In this document: one piece after another, positions 51,300 to 64,000 of the stretch
Position numbering within the stretch: the stretch's first letter is position 1
Layout: every line of letters begins with the position of its first letter
NCBI GenBank assembly: GCA_023213395.1
Contig: CM041465.1
Location: 71,369,741 to 71,433,740 of the forward strand
Direction of reading: 5' to 3'
Length of the DNA: 64,000 nt
Source: Cycas panzhihuaensis
Lineage: Eukaryota; Plantae; Cycadophyta
Translations under genes and position numbers: made by a program
The notes under the pieces: generated by a model
The model's database searches: none
Told to the model about the DNA's origin: nothing
Seen by the model: only the letters and a program-made list of their open reading frames with translations

Positions 51300-52210
51300 A
51301 CATATGTTTGAATCTGAAATATTTCAAATATGTTGTAGATATATTAGAAATATGTATTTAAATCTAAAAAAAGGTATGAAGAACCTGGTAAACATAGTTG
51401 TAGCTGACTTGCAGAAATGAGATCTGTTGTTTATGCTTCTCCAGAAGGCTGAATATGCACAAAAAGCTGCAGATCTGTAAAAAAACTTGAAAAATATAGT
51501 CAAATTTATGATGAAAAATACAGATATGAAATGAAATATAGCACATTTGAACTAAATATTATAGATATGCAACAAATATACTAGAAAATGTTGAAATAAT
51601 TACTAAAATAAACAGATCTGTAGTAAAATATAGTAGATCTAAAGTAAAAGTTGCATATCTTAAAAAAACTTGTATGAATCATGCATGCAACTGAACTCCT
51701 TCACAAATTCGAGAGAATATTAGATAAATAAATAGAAATCTACTTGAAAATAGTCAAATATATAATAAAATCTATGGATCTGAAAAAAAAATAGCTCAAA
51801 TCTAAAGAAAAAACTTGAGTAAATATTGCATACAACTACAATCCTGCTTAGATCTATAAAAATATAGGATAAAAAGATGAAATATGTCAAATATTTCATA
51901 AAATATATGTAGATCTGAGAAAATATATCACAAATATAAAGAAAAACTTGAATAATATATAGCTTGCTACTGATCTCCTTCACAAATCTACATAAATATT
52001 AGATAAATAGGAAGAAATATTCTTGAAAATAGTCAAATATGTGATAAGATATGTAGATCTAAAAAAATATAACTCAAATATAAAAAAACCTTTGAAAAAA
52101 TGTAGCTTGTAGCTGAAATCCTTCATAAATTTATGAAAAAAATCTGAAATATCTTTGTTATTTGTCAAATATAACTTAAGAATATGAAAATCTTGATAAA
52201 ATAGTATAAG
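51300..52210. repeat. AT-rich degenerate tandem repeats (AGATCT / AAAATAGTCAAATAT / CCTTCACAAAT units) in the E7 leader
   Basis: Recurrent motifs at irregular spacing. Confidence 0.6.
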
Positions 52211-52703
52211 AAACTTGCTAAAAAAAACTTGCAGAAAGTAAATGTAACCAGTATTTTGCTTGTGAGTAAATCTACCTAAAAAATGCCAATAAACTTTCCT
52301 TCTTTATAAAAATTTTAGCAGGCCAACAATTGTCTGCTCTGATACCAAATGATAGAGCTGGAGGAGCAGAGCAGGGCTTCATAAAGATTGCATCTTGAGT
52401 AAACTGGTGATTTTTGATAGTTGGTTGTATTAAAAAACACCAGGGAGGTATTCCCATCCCTTAAATAGTGAATTTTGGGGAGGCATCAAGCGCCATCACC
52501 CTACCTGCACGTTAGCCAATGCAAATTCAAAATATATTAAAAAATTAAAATAAATAAATGAAAGTGCATACCTTAAGATAGTGGTATCAACTCCTGGTGG
52601 CTATTGCAAGGCTCAAGGTGCCCTAGGGGCCCTCAAAGGTGGCTTTGAGGGGCCCTAAGTGCACAGGTCTCTATATGACATTGGGATTATTCCCAACACT
52701 TTT

Positions 52704-55700
52704 TCTATTTTGATATTTTTTTGTTTAAAAAATATAACCATTTTTTTTTCTAAATCACAAAACCTTAAAATTTTTATAAACTTAAAATATTAAACAAGAT
52801 AACTCCTAATTAGACCACCCTTATTACTAATCTTGTAAGGGGAATGGTTAGGGTCCCTAAAGTTACCACTCTTATACACAGTGTTATGTTTTCTGTACTC
52901 TATGAACTATAAGGGAAGGCTGTATTTATTAGGTGTATTAAGTAGTAGGCTAAGGTATTTTACCTAAACCTTAGAATTTTGAGATTAAGCTAAACTCAAA
53001 GAGGGTGAGTCTCTTAACTATAAGTGCACTATTAGATAATAATATGTTATTCATACCATAAATATGGTATAGATGGGCTAATAGTATTTAGGGAGTGATA
53101 GAGCATTCAACATCACCTATCTATATATTCTTTAGATTGGGTATCTTTTAGTGAAGTTTGTTTCTCAAAACCAAATGTGTAAAATAACAAAATACAACTA
53201 ACTTGAAGAGGTAAAGCATGAATACCAACTCCTATGAAGGAGTCTCTAATTATTTATACATATTATTCCTAATAAATATAAAATGATATTAAGCCATGAT
53301 TTATGGAATGCATGCAATGAAATAAATGTATGCAAATGAAAGAAGTGTTATCTTGAGTAACAATTAAAAGATATTCTTCATTCATATTAGTTGTCAAACC
53401 ATTTGCATACAAGTGTGGGAGTAAAACTAGCCAAACCATACAAATAATCAGAGGGGATCTGGATCCAAAAATTGCACTTATATTTATCCTATTGATAATA
53501 TCTTCTTATGCTTCTTTTAAAAATTTGGTTCTATATGATAGTAAATAAGAAGATAGTAGTCTAATAATCATGCAATTCTTTACACTTTCACAACAACGAA
53601 ACTAGAATGATAAACTATAAAGATGAAAAACTTCTTTCTTTAATTTTTGTATTTCATAAGAATGAGTATAAGAAAGAAACAAGAAGAACCATTGAAAGGA
53701 TAAATTTACAAAAAAAAAAGACCTTTTTTAGCTTTCTTTTAATTTGAACTTCCCAAGTAATTCTACCTTTTAACCAAGGGAAAAGGAAATCTTAAAGAGC
53801 AAAGGGGTATATGCCTAAGAAGAGGAGCTTGAATTTGATTGAACTTTTATCTTACTAAAAATTTCTCCTTATGCATATAAGATATCTTTAATTATAAGGA
53901 TATTCCATGACAAATATATTCATAAAAGGGATATCTTAACAATATTTCACCACATATAATAGTGGAAACAAGCCATAATAACTTTCAATGATAATGCAAA
54001 GAATATAAGATCAATATGTAAGACTAAAATAAGAGGTAATAAGAATTCATAGATATAAACTAAGGTTTTTAGATGAAATTACCTCTATTACAATAGTATG
54101 CATACACTATGATGATAGATCTATTCTACTCTTGAAAGGGAATAAGAGGAGTGATATGCATGCATACATTTTTTCTTTTTTTCATTATATATAAAGTGAA
54201 AGATCTATAAATTTAAATGGGAAACAAGCTAACTAGAAAATTTGATGATAAATACTAGAGTGTACCTCAACATGGTATTTAGTTTTTGCTCAAACTTTAC
54301 CATCTAATCCCTAAAAATATTAGATTAAAGCTAAGATAATAAAGCCTTGAAAGAAATAAGGAAAAATCATAAGCAACACTATTACAAATTAAGAGAAAAT
54401 GACTCTTAAGGAAGGGTGAGTGAATGGACCTGAGAACTGAGGGATGAATAGGATAAATATAACCCTCTATTCTTTAGTAGGTTATACTTAGGCTCACATG
54501 GGTTAGTCCTCAGCCAAGTTCCTAGAAAATTGAAGAGAAACTAGCTCATAAATTTTATAAACATAGATAAAGGAAAGCATATACTACTATAAAACCATTA
54601 AGATTAAGATTGTTGTATCAAAAGTAATATTACCAAAGTCTCAAATGAAGGATAATTGATAATAGAAAGCTTTAATTGTGTTTGGTATTGCTACAATTTA
54701 AGACATTTCATACCAAACTTTAAAACCATAGGCTAAAATTTCTTGTTTCTTCCTCCAAAGATCTACTCACAAGCTTTAAAATTACATGAAATAATCCCTC
54801 TCTAAGGGTGTTAAGGACTTTAGAGTGAAAGGGTAGCAAGTCCCTAGAAGTCTTGATAGAGTTCTCTGAGATTAGGAGGCGATTGACATTTCTTACCAAA
54901 ATAATTTACTAGTGGCATAGTAAAAAACATAACCTTCTTTATAAAATATGATCATCGCACTTTATGAAGAATAAAAAATGTAATTTTATTTATAAAATGT
55001 GATCGATTACATTTCATGAATAAAGTCACATTTTTAATAATACTAAAAATGTGATAAGTAAGGAAATAAAAAATAAATAAATAAATAAAAAACCTCAGAG
55101 AGATTAGTCTATAAAAGGAATTTGATTAAAATAATGACTAATATGGCCTAGAAGAGGAATTCAAGGTACAAATTCGAGATGAAAAACATAATAAATATAT
55201 GGAATAACCATCAAATAAAAAGGGATGCAACAATCAAAGGGTAATAGTTAGATTAGATGACTTAGAGTGGGCAAAATAAGGATGTAGTACCATAATATCA
55301 TTCATTAGCACATGTAAATCATCATCATATACACAACATCATCTAGCCATTATATCATAATCAAAATTCATATTTCATCATCATCTAAGATACTATAATC
55401 TCAACTAAAATAATGATATAATAAACTAAATACCTAAAAATGACTTCGTATGTGGTGTGTTCTAGGTAGACCTAGACTAGATATCTCTCAATCAATAAAA
55501 TACTCTTTCTTTTATTCAAATCAAGGCTAGGAAATACAAAGTCTAAGAGGACCTAAGTAACCACCTTTACCCAACTCCTAAGAAGGAGCCTCCACCTAGT
55601 TATGCCATTTAATGAAGATATAACTAAATATAATAATAAAAGGCTAGGATATATAGGGGTGATTAAATCCACTAGCCTACACAATCGAGTGAAGGAGTTC

Positions 55701-57792
55701 TAAGTTTGAAGCTACTATGATAATGTCTCTCATATCCTTCTTAGGGATTCCTTTCCTTCGATTCTTTCAACCTTTGGAGTTCTACTTTAATGAAGAGGAA
55801 GGGATAAGCGATCAAAAAGGATTTGTTTCTTTTTTTTGTTTGTTTTTTTATTTTTGTGATAAAAATGAAATACAAGACAATCAATGAGACTATAAAATCA
55901 ATCCACCTAATTTTCAAGACATATGCAAGTAAGCTAAACATACATACAATATGTTTTTTTTCTAATTTTTATTTCTATTTCAAAATACGAAACATGTTAA
56001 AATGAGTATGAGACTATTTCTTTTAAATGCAACACACACTTCATCAACGAAATAAAGTAACTAGTATAACATGCAATACAACATGCAACTATGTATATAA
56101 AATTTCAAGAAGTCCAATAACATGTAATATCAATAAGAAGCTTTTTATCTCAAATGCATGCTATCTTTCTTTTGAAACAATGATTCTATAATAAAAATAG
56201 AAATTTTAAAGACTTTCTACTACTGTTGTTGATGATTTTTCAAACCAATGATAATGCATGTAATCAATCATATTCAAATCACAATCCTTATACAAGTAAC
56301 AAGCTAAACAATTTAGAGATTCTATCATAATTAGAGTAAAATGGGCTTTAAAGGGATCCTTACACCTCTAATGATCTAAACAATCACACATATATCATTC
56401 ACCAAGTTTGACTTCTTTCTTTCTTTTTAAAGCAAAAGGGATGAAATAAGTAAAATCAAATGAGAGCAATATCAAAACTTCTTTTCTATGCAAAAATCTT
56501 GTCTTAGAATAGTTCTTTTTCTTTTATTTAATTAAGTTTATCCAAACTTTTCCTTTAAAATTGGTAAAGGAAGAAAAATAAGAAATGCCATATGCTAAAC
56601 TATAGCTACAAACAAGCCAAAGAGACGATAGACCACTTGGAACTTAAATTGTTATAGAAGAATGGGAAGAGATAGCTATTTAGATAGTGGAAAGATGACC
56701 ATATTTCACACTAGTCTATTTCCTTTTTACCCCACAAAGGGCTGACCTTTCAACCAAAATTGTAAGCCAAAAACAAGTATGAGATCACCATAAATACTAG
56801 GAGGAAAGAAGAGTAAACTCTAAACAAGAAATAATCTCCAACAAGTAATGAAACCATAAGAACTTTAAATAGGAAAGATCTTACCAAGAATAAGAAGTTT
56901 TGAGGTTGAAAATCTTGAGAATAATCATGAAATTTGAAGAATAAACCATCAAAATTTAAACATCAATAGAATAACAACTTGAAGCATAAAAGAACTCTTC
57001 TTAATTTCACCCATTAGCATCACCAAAAGTAGATTTCCAAGTCATAGTAGTAGAAATCTTCAAAAGTCTCAAAAAAATCTCTAAGGAAGTCACTATATCC
57101 TTAACTCTTAACTCTCTACCCTATTTTCATAAACAACAATAATACTAGGGTTTATTCTAGGCACATAAAAGATAAGTTAGCATTTATTCTAGGTGGCGGC
57201 ATACAAAAATTTAGTGCACTGACTGAGTTTTACATGCATAATAGTTTAAAATATGATTAATCACATTTTTAGCAGGGTAGAAATATGATTTTACTCTAAA
57301 AATTTGACTGGTTACATTTTTTGCGCTACCAAAAATGTGACAAATTAGGAGGTAAAATATGGCTCATTAAAAGTTAAAAAATTAATTTTTAATCATAAAT
57401 TTAAGTAGAAATAACTTTATTAATGAGAAAAAAAGTCCAAAATATGATGAAAATGATAAGCACAAGCCTAAAAACTAATCAAAAAATGATAAACAAAGGT
57501 GAAATCAAGATATAGAGATGAAAATATAAAAGACAAAGAAGGTTTTAAAAGAGAGAAGGGACTAAAATGATTGTGAAAGAAAACTTTTAGTGCCATAATT
57601 ATCAATTATCAATAAGTGATAACATAATTATACTTCAATCATCATTCCACATACATTAATAATCAAAACAGGATGACATTTCATCAAAGCATGGCCTATC
57701 ACATATAAACCAAGTCCAAATCAAACATTCTCATATGAATCATATAAGAAAGTAGTTAAAAGTGATGAGAGGGTCAGGTTTTAGTGAAATAT
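52704..57792 (-). repeat. Probable long Tat/Ogre-type LTR-derived sequence (probably more than one nested piece)
   Basis: Non-coding; repeated AAAATGTGAT blocks at about 54950 and 57250; candidate PPT complement TTGCCCTC at 57793-57800. Boundaries not resolved. Confidence 0.35.
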
Positions 57793-58789
57793 TTGCCCTC
57801 GTGACACCTGAAGCTCCTACTTCAAAAAGAAAGAAGGATGGTGAATGATGACAATAATGGAGGTGAAGGATTTTCCTTTAAAAATCAACAAAATATGGAT
57901 GAGGTATGTGAATGATAATTTCTAGCTTATAAAAGGCCTATAATCTAAATTGAAACAACTTTCTATGATAGTAAACTAAAGGAATCTTACTTAAAATCTT
58001 ACCCAAAAGGATTGGGTTCTCACTCACTAAAGCATTAATTGATACTAAATACCCATAAACTAGATGGTACTTCAATGCCAAATTCCCACAAACTAGATGG
58101 GTCTTCAATATACAACTAGTTATAGTTTATCTCTCTTTAACCATGTGTTAGAGGGAAGTCCTTTTGCTAAAGTAGAAAGAATAGGTTATCATAGTTTTTA
58201 AGCTTATTAACATGTGACTTTTTAGAGCAACCCATCATAGTTTAGCCTCATTAATAGGGTGAAGGCCTTCAAAGGTTGATTATCAGAGTTTAACCTCATT
58301 AATAACTCAAATTTAGGGGGTTCATTGTCATAGTTTAAGCTTGTTAATAGGTAAAAGAGGTTCAGAGCAATACCTTATCATAGCTTAGGCTCTTTAACAA
58401 GTAAAAAGGGTTTGAAGCAATTTGGAGACTAATATAAAGATCAATATGAAGAAAGAATAAATAAAAAGTAATCAATCAGGTCTCTAAAAAGCTCTACAGA
58501 AAATAGATGCATCCCAAAAAGATGATTAATTCTATCAAAGGGAAGACAAATGATTTTAGCATCTCAAAGTGATTTGACATGATAATGGAAATTGAATAAG
58601 AGTAGAATTCACTTTGATAGGCTTAATAGATGCCAAAGAAAAATTCACCTTAGAAAAAAGAAAAGGCCCCCCTCCTTTATTAATAAACATGATCAAAATA
58701 GAGTTTCAATTTTATAGGAGGGAGATAGAGAAATAATTAAGTTAGTAGCTCTTTTCTCTAATTTCTGGGGTGATTAGGAGCTTATTCTA

Positions 58790-60900
58790 ATGGGGAACCA
58801 ACTCTAGGAGACTAGTGATGGTAGCATGAAGCAGGGAGCTAGGTATTTGGTGAGTTGAGCTTGTTTTTTCTTTTTTTTTTTTCTATAAAAATGTAATGAT
58901 ACAGTGCAAAAAACATGGGCATTATATTAAAAACATGACAAACTAGTGAAAAATGTGATAACACCATTAAAACATAGTTTTATAATTCAGGGTGATTAAA
59001 GAAAATCGTATTTTTTGTGGCGAAATCACATTTTCAACTATGAAGTCATATTTTTGGTTACATGGTCACACTTTTAAACTTTATTAAAGAAAATTTTAAA
59101 AATTAAAAATTTGAAATATAAACTGAATTATTGATATGATCTTTATGATATGATGTAGGATCTAGAGAGGGTGGAGACAGGAAAGAATACAGGACTAGCA
59201 ATTGGGAAGCTAGTTCACAAGCTAGATGAGGTAGGATGAGCCACTTTGAGGGCTTGTGGGCTTTCACAAGCTAGAGAATTAACTCAGCTAGTGATGGACC
59301 ATGGGATATTATATGACTTCATTAGCTATTGGATTCTAAGACATAACATATTTAGGATACATGCCATTGGAGAGATACAAATCACTCCTAGAGATATAGG
59401 GCAGATTCTAAGAGTCAACTGGCATAATAAGAGGGTAAGGACTCAGTAGGGTGGTAGAAGAGGAGTCTTAAATGTCATGCAATTAGTACTTAATAGGTTT
59501 TATAGATTAGATTGACCTTTATAATGTATCTATAGAGGTCATATAGATAGCAAGGGGTATTCCTCTCATGCAGATGGTTATTGCTTTAATCATCATACAT
59601 AGGATAACTAGAACTCAAAATTTCATAGGAGTTCTAGCTCAATGGATAAGAGTGGTAAGGAGGTGTGAATAAGGGATCAGGATAAACTAAGGGCACTATA
59701 TAGTGGATAGCATATACCTTCAATTATCAAGGATTAGGGGGTTAGGGAGAGGGCGATTTTCTTATAGCTCCATCTTGATGTGTTGGCTATATGACCACGT
59801 TTACTTGATAAGACTAAGAGGAACACCAGGAGAGTTAACTGTCATGGATATGAGGATAAATAGGTGGCATATAAGAGTCAAGATCCATAACATTCCAACC
59901 ATCATGGCCAAGAGTATACATAGTCCTTTTACTCAGCAAGATGACTAGGAGACAACTAGTAGAGGATGCATACATAAGACTGCCATCATGGAGTGATGAC
60001 AAGATGGATGTTATGAAGAGGGAAGTAACAAGAGAGGCTCCTATCATTGGTTGAGGGAGAGATAGAGGGAGAGAAGAAGGAGGTAGAGGTAGGAGAGATG
60101 GTAGAGGTGATGGCAAGGCAGGTCAAAGAGGGAGAAGAGGTGCATCGACTAGTAAAGGAGGAGGAGGGAGTCGACAGGTGCTTGAGAGAGTAGGTTGAGC
60201 ACTAGATGAGTATAGAGGAGGCTCCATATAGAGCATGGAGCTAGGCTCAGTAAAAGAGTAGGATAGAGGAGAAGGAAGTAGAGCATGAGAGGGATAGCTT
60301 ATCTAGGAGGCTCCCTATGAGCCATAGGGAGTGAGAGTGCCACATGTAAGAGAGGAGATGGTGATAGAGCTAGTAGGAGGAGTTGAGTCATTAGGTATGA
60401 TAATTAATTGATTATTTTCTCTCATATCAAATTATATTTCCTTTTTTATTATGATTTTCTTTTCAGTAAACTTATTACTACTAATATATTTTCATTGGAT
60501 AGATGATATGATCATGACTCTGGGAGAGGTAAGGAGGACACTAGAGTTGATATTCCTCTATTTTCTTACATGAGAGGAGGCACTAGTATGGAACATAGTA
60601 GATTATACTCTATTAGGATGACATATTAGCCACTTCAACCATGCACTTCAAGCTCAAGATATATACATAGATATAAGAGCAGAGCTAAGAGTACGAGAGC
60701 TAGAGCTTAGAGCAGCCGAGGATGAGAGACGTCATATTTGGAGGATGATGTTGGCTCAGATAGGAACATGAGTTACTTTATCAAAGAGTACTATAGTACA
60801 ATAAGGAGAACATCTTCTGCCTTGTAGAGAGCCTACACATGGGCAGACTTTAGGAAGAGGAGAGAGGGCAAAGCTAAGAGTATAGGAGGGATCTCATTAG
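58790..60900 (+). pseudogene. Plant mobile domain (PMD, aminotransferase-like) accessory gene of a Tat/Ogre-like element; decayed and apparently spliced
   Basis: MDHGILYDFISYWILRHNIFRIHAIGEIQITPRDIGQILRV and N*GHYIVDSIYLQL...SSILMCWLYDHV match PMD motifs (LVERW..ETHTF..P.GE.TITL.DV..IL; WG..VLA.LY..L...LLQ.W..E); R/G/E-rich tail; GT-AG intron candidates about 58850-59158 and 60395-60502. Confidence 0.75.
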
Positions 60901-63309
60901 GGCTCACAAAGATGAATGCACTTTGCATTATATAAGGATATATGAGGGAGATAAGAGGCATTTTGGGAGCCTTAGCTTTGTATCATGAGTCACATATATG
61001 ACATATGTACCATATCTTTTTGTATATATGTATATATTGATTGCTTTCTCTTCAAAACTTTTGTTGTGGATGATTGACTCTAAACCTTTTCCCCTCTTAT
61101 TTGCCTTTTATAAATTAAGCATGAGATACATTCATTAGTATAATAATCTAAGGAAATATATAGCAATTTTAACATTTTTTTTTTGTTCTTTTGTAGTTTT
61201 ATATTTTTTTTGGATTTTTATCTTAATATGTACATGGTAGTTTATATTCATACTAGAGTGAGGTGGTTTTGTGAAGAACAAGGTTATAAGGAGAAGAGAA
61301 GAATAGAAAATAAATAAAAGATAAAAGGGAGTAAATTAAAGGTTTACTTATTCTATTCTTATAAATATAAAGCCATCTAAAATAAATGGTAATAGGTTTA
61401 TAAAAATAGAGGATGGAATCATATAAGTTCCTCAAAAGAAAACACTCACATAATTCACATCATACTCCTGACAGATTATTAAACATTAAATAAAATCTAC
61501 ATCTATATAATATATCATGAAAAAAACATGTTGTTTACTAAATGAAAGAGTAATCTCACTTAATAAATAATTAGTCATCTGAATATACTAGATCCCTCAT
61601 TGGCTCCTTCTAAGGATAAGAAGCTTTTAGGAACTTGCCCCCTGCCAAGATCCTCCATGACCCAAGATTCCCATGTGGGTCTATCCTTTTTAAATACTTT
61701 ATTTCACTACTTTAATCTATCATCTTAACTTTCACACTACTTAAATCTTTATCTTCCAAAACTAGTAGTTTATACTCTTTACTGAGTGGTACTTTATACT
61801 CATTCTAAAGTAAGGCACCCCCAGCTAAAAGGTGAAAGTCCAAGAGAGAAGAAACAAGAGTGTTAGCTTCAAAGTAATCATCCAAGAGAGAAGAAACAAG
61901 AGCATTAGCTTCAACATTAAAGGAATGAGAGATATACTGTATGGTAACTGATGAGAACAATGACAACAATGATGAAGATTGATGATGAAGGAGAAGTAAT
62001 CAGGATAAGTGTACCTGATACATCCCAACTAGATGATAAACTACAACATGAAAATCATAATATAGAATGATGGGTCCAAGGTAAAATTCAGAGATGTTAT
62101 ATAGAGCTCCTATAATAGCAAAATACTTAACTTTATTATTAGTTGCCCTAGGTATAAATGATCTAGTAGAAAGGAGAGGATTTTCTAGTTAGTCATAAAT
62201 CACCTAAGTAGAAGTAGAAGGTCTAGGGTTATCTCTACTACCTCCATTAGTGAATATAATCAATGCCATTGGAAAATAGAACCAATATTTGGAGGCAATA
62301 TGATCAATAAAGAAAGGTGCAGGAATCAACCAATACGGAGATGGTAATGAATGGAATTAATTATAATTGTGATGAAGAAAAAGAAAAATCATAATTAGGA
62401 TGATCATGATTAATACTAGTAAAAGTGTCAAGTAGGGTTCAATCATATCTAAGGCCATGATGGACCCAAGCAACTAGACCTGAAAATGTTAATGAATCAT
62501 CTAAATAAACCTAACCTATAGATAAATAAGTGGGGATAAAGCCATCATGTGACTTACCCCAGATTATAAAAGGATGATAACAATTTACTTTCTTCTTCTT
62601 CTTCTTCTTCTTTTCTACTTTTCTTTCACTTCTCTTTCTTCTTCTTTTTTTGGTTTTTTTTTTGGTCACTTTTTTTACAAGGAGTCATAATCATCCAATC
62701 ATGAAATTATTTTACTCATCACAACAAGGATTTGTCCTTTTTAATAGAATCTAAGATGAAAGAGACCAATCTCTTTAAGGATTGACTTGCAGGAAAAGAA
62801 AGGAAATCAAAATCATAGTGTCTCCAAATGTAAAGAGAAGGTAGCAGAATGAGTATCCATTTCAAAAGATAAATAGAGTGAACCAAGGATAATAAAACCA
62901 ATCAAAAGAAAATAATAGGTGATATATAACCAAGAAGGAATCCTAAAGATGTAGGACTGACAAGTGAAAGTTTGATCCTAATAAAGTATTTGAAGCTAAT
63001 AGAAATGTTTCTCTTTCAAGGATAAAAATAAGTGATAAAGTTGGAGGCCCAAATTCTCTCTTGAGTATAGAATTCAAAAGAGAAAAAGACCAAAACCTCA
63101 TAGTAAAGCACTCACAATCAACATAAATACGAGAAGGAGTAAGAGACTTATATGATCATGAGTAAGACCTTTGATGAAACCAAAGAGTAGCTCAAAAGTA
63201 GACAAGAAAAGATTAAAGAAAGAAATTACCCATACTTTTAGCTCATTAGGTAAGAAGAAAGAATCAGAGCCATAGTTTATCCTCATTATAGAGGTAACAA
63301 TGAGTACTA

Positions 63310-64000
63310 CTAGGCATAAAACATTCTCAAGTATTGAGAATTGACATGCTTTTTAAATTCTAGATCCTCCATTGTTGAGAGTCGATAAGCCTTATTATTC
63401 AAATCTTCAATTACTAGAAAATGACTAGTCCATTTAAGGGAAAACTTACATTACTTTTCATGCAAATACTCTAATTTCAGCACTTTATCACTAATACTAA
63501 ACTTTCTGGGTCTAAGCTTCCTATCATGAGCAACCTAGACTCTAGCCTTAGATGCCATATTATTTTGTAAAGCTTGTAAATGAGTCTCATCTAAGTTTTC
63601 TAGCTCCAAGAGATGTGCTTCCCTTTGGAACTCTTCATTAGTAAATTCTTTTAATTAGACACATAAAGAGGGAATCTTAACCTCTAATGGGAGGATGATC
63701 TCGGCATCATAAATAAGAGAGAATGGTATCATTCATGTAGCATTCCTAATAGAGGTTCTATAAGCCCCATAATGATAGAAATAATTAAATATGCCAATCT
63801 CTATAAGACACTGCAATTGTCTTAGCTAAAATTTTAGCTAAGATTTTATTAAAAGGTTCAACTTGGCCATTTGCCTGAGGGTGATAAGGAGCTGACAGTC
63901 TACGTGTGATATGAAATTTGTTACATAGTTAATTGACATAGAGATTACAGAATGAAATTCCATTATCAGTAATAATAATGTTTGGTACCCCAAATCTATA
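63310..64000 (-). pseudogene. Tat/Ogre-type Gypsy integrase, C-terminal half (continues beyond the window)
   Basis: YRFGVPNIITDNG...SAPYHPQANGQVE.FNK...W AYRTSIR.AT...PFSLIY.AE..LPLEV...GKFSLKW...AYRL...VNSQYLRMFYA*. Confidence 0.9.

Larger units (their letters stand above)
41682..52698 (-). mobile_element. Composite 11-kb Copia element (E7): LTR-A / cargo / LTR-B / gag-pol / LTR-A
   Basis: 349-bp LTRs 41682-42030 and 52350-52698 (about 28 differences); TSD CTTTT at 41677-41681 and 52699-52703; PBS 52336-52347; PPT complement TTCTCCCCC at 42031. Confidence 0.95.

Overview
This is very AT-rich plant nuclear DNA made almost entirely of nested, decayed LTR retrotransposons; I found no intact host gene, RNA gene or CRISPR array. 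Six elements can be delimited by paired LTRs and 5-bp target-site duplications: Copia 2140-9515, 35855-41059 and 41682-52698, and non-autonomous 11127-16698, 12934-16457 and 24346-28338. There is also a CRM-like Gypsy, chromovirus and Copia fragments, and a Tat/Ogre-like element carrying a spliced plant-mobile-domain (PMD) pseudogene. The most notable signal is that three different LTR elements carry a 'cargo' cassette of short, abutting host-gene fragments: aminopeptidase P2, PP2A B'/B56, aldo-keto reductase and a probable pectin methylesterase N-terminus. Each cassette lies just after a shared G-rich box on the strand opposite to the element. One of these elements (41682-52698) is a three-LTR chimera (LTR-A, cargo, LTR-B, gag-pol, LTR-A) bounded by a single TSD. 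Protein assignments come from my recall of family motifs and manual translation, not database searches; LTR difference counts are manual.
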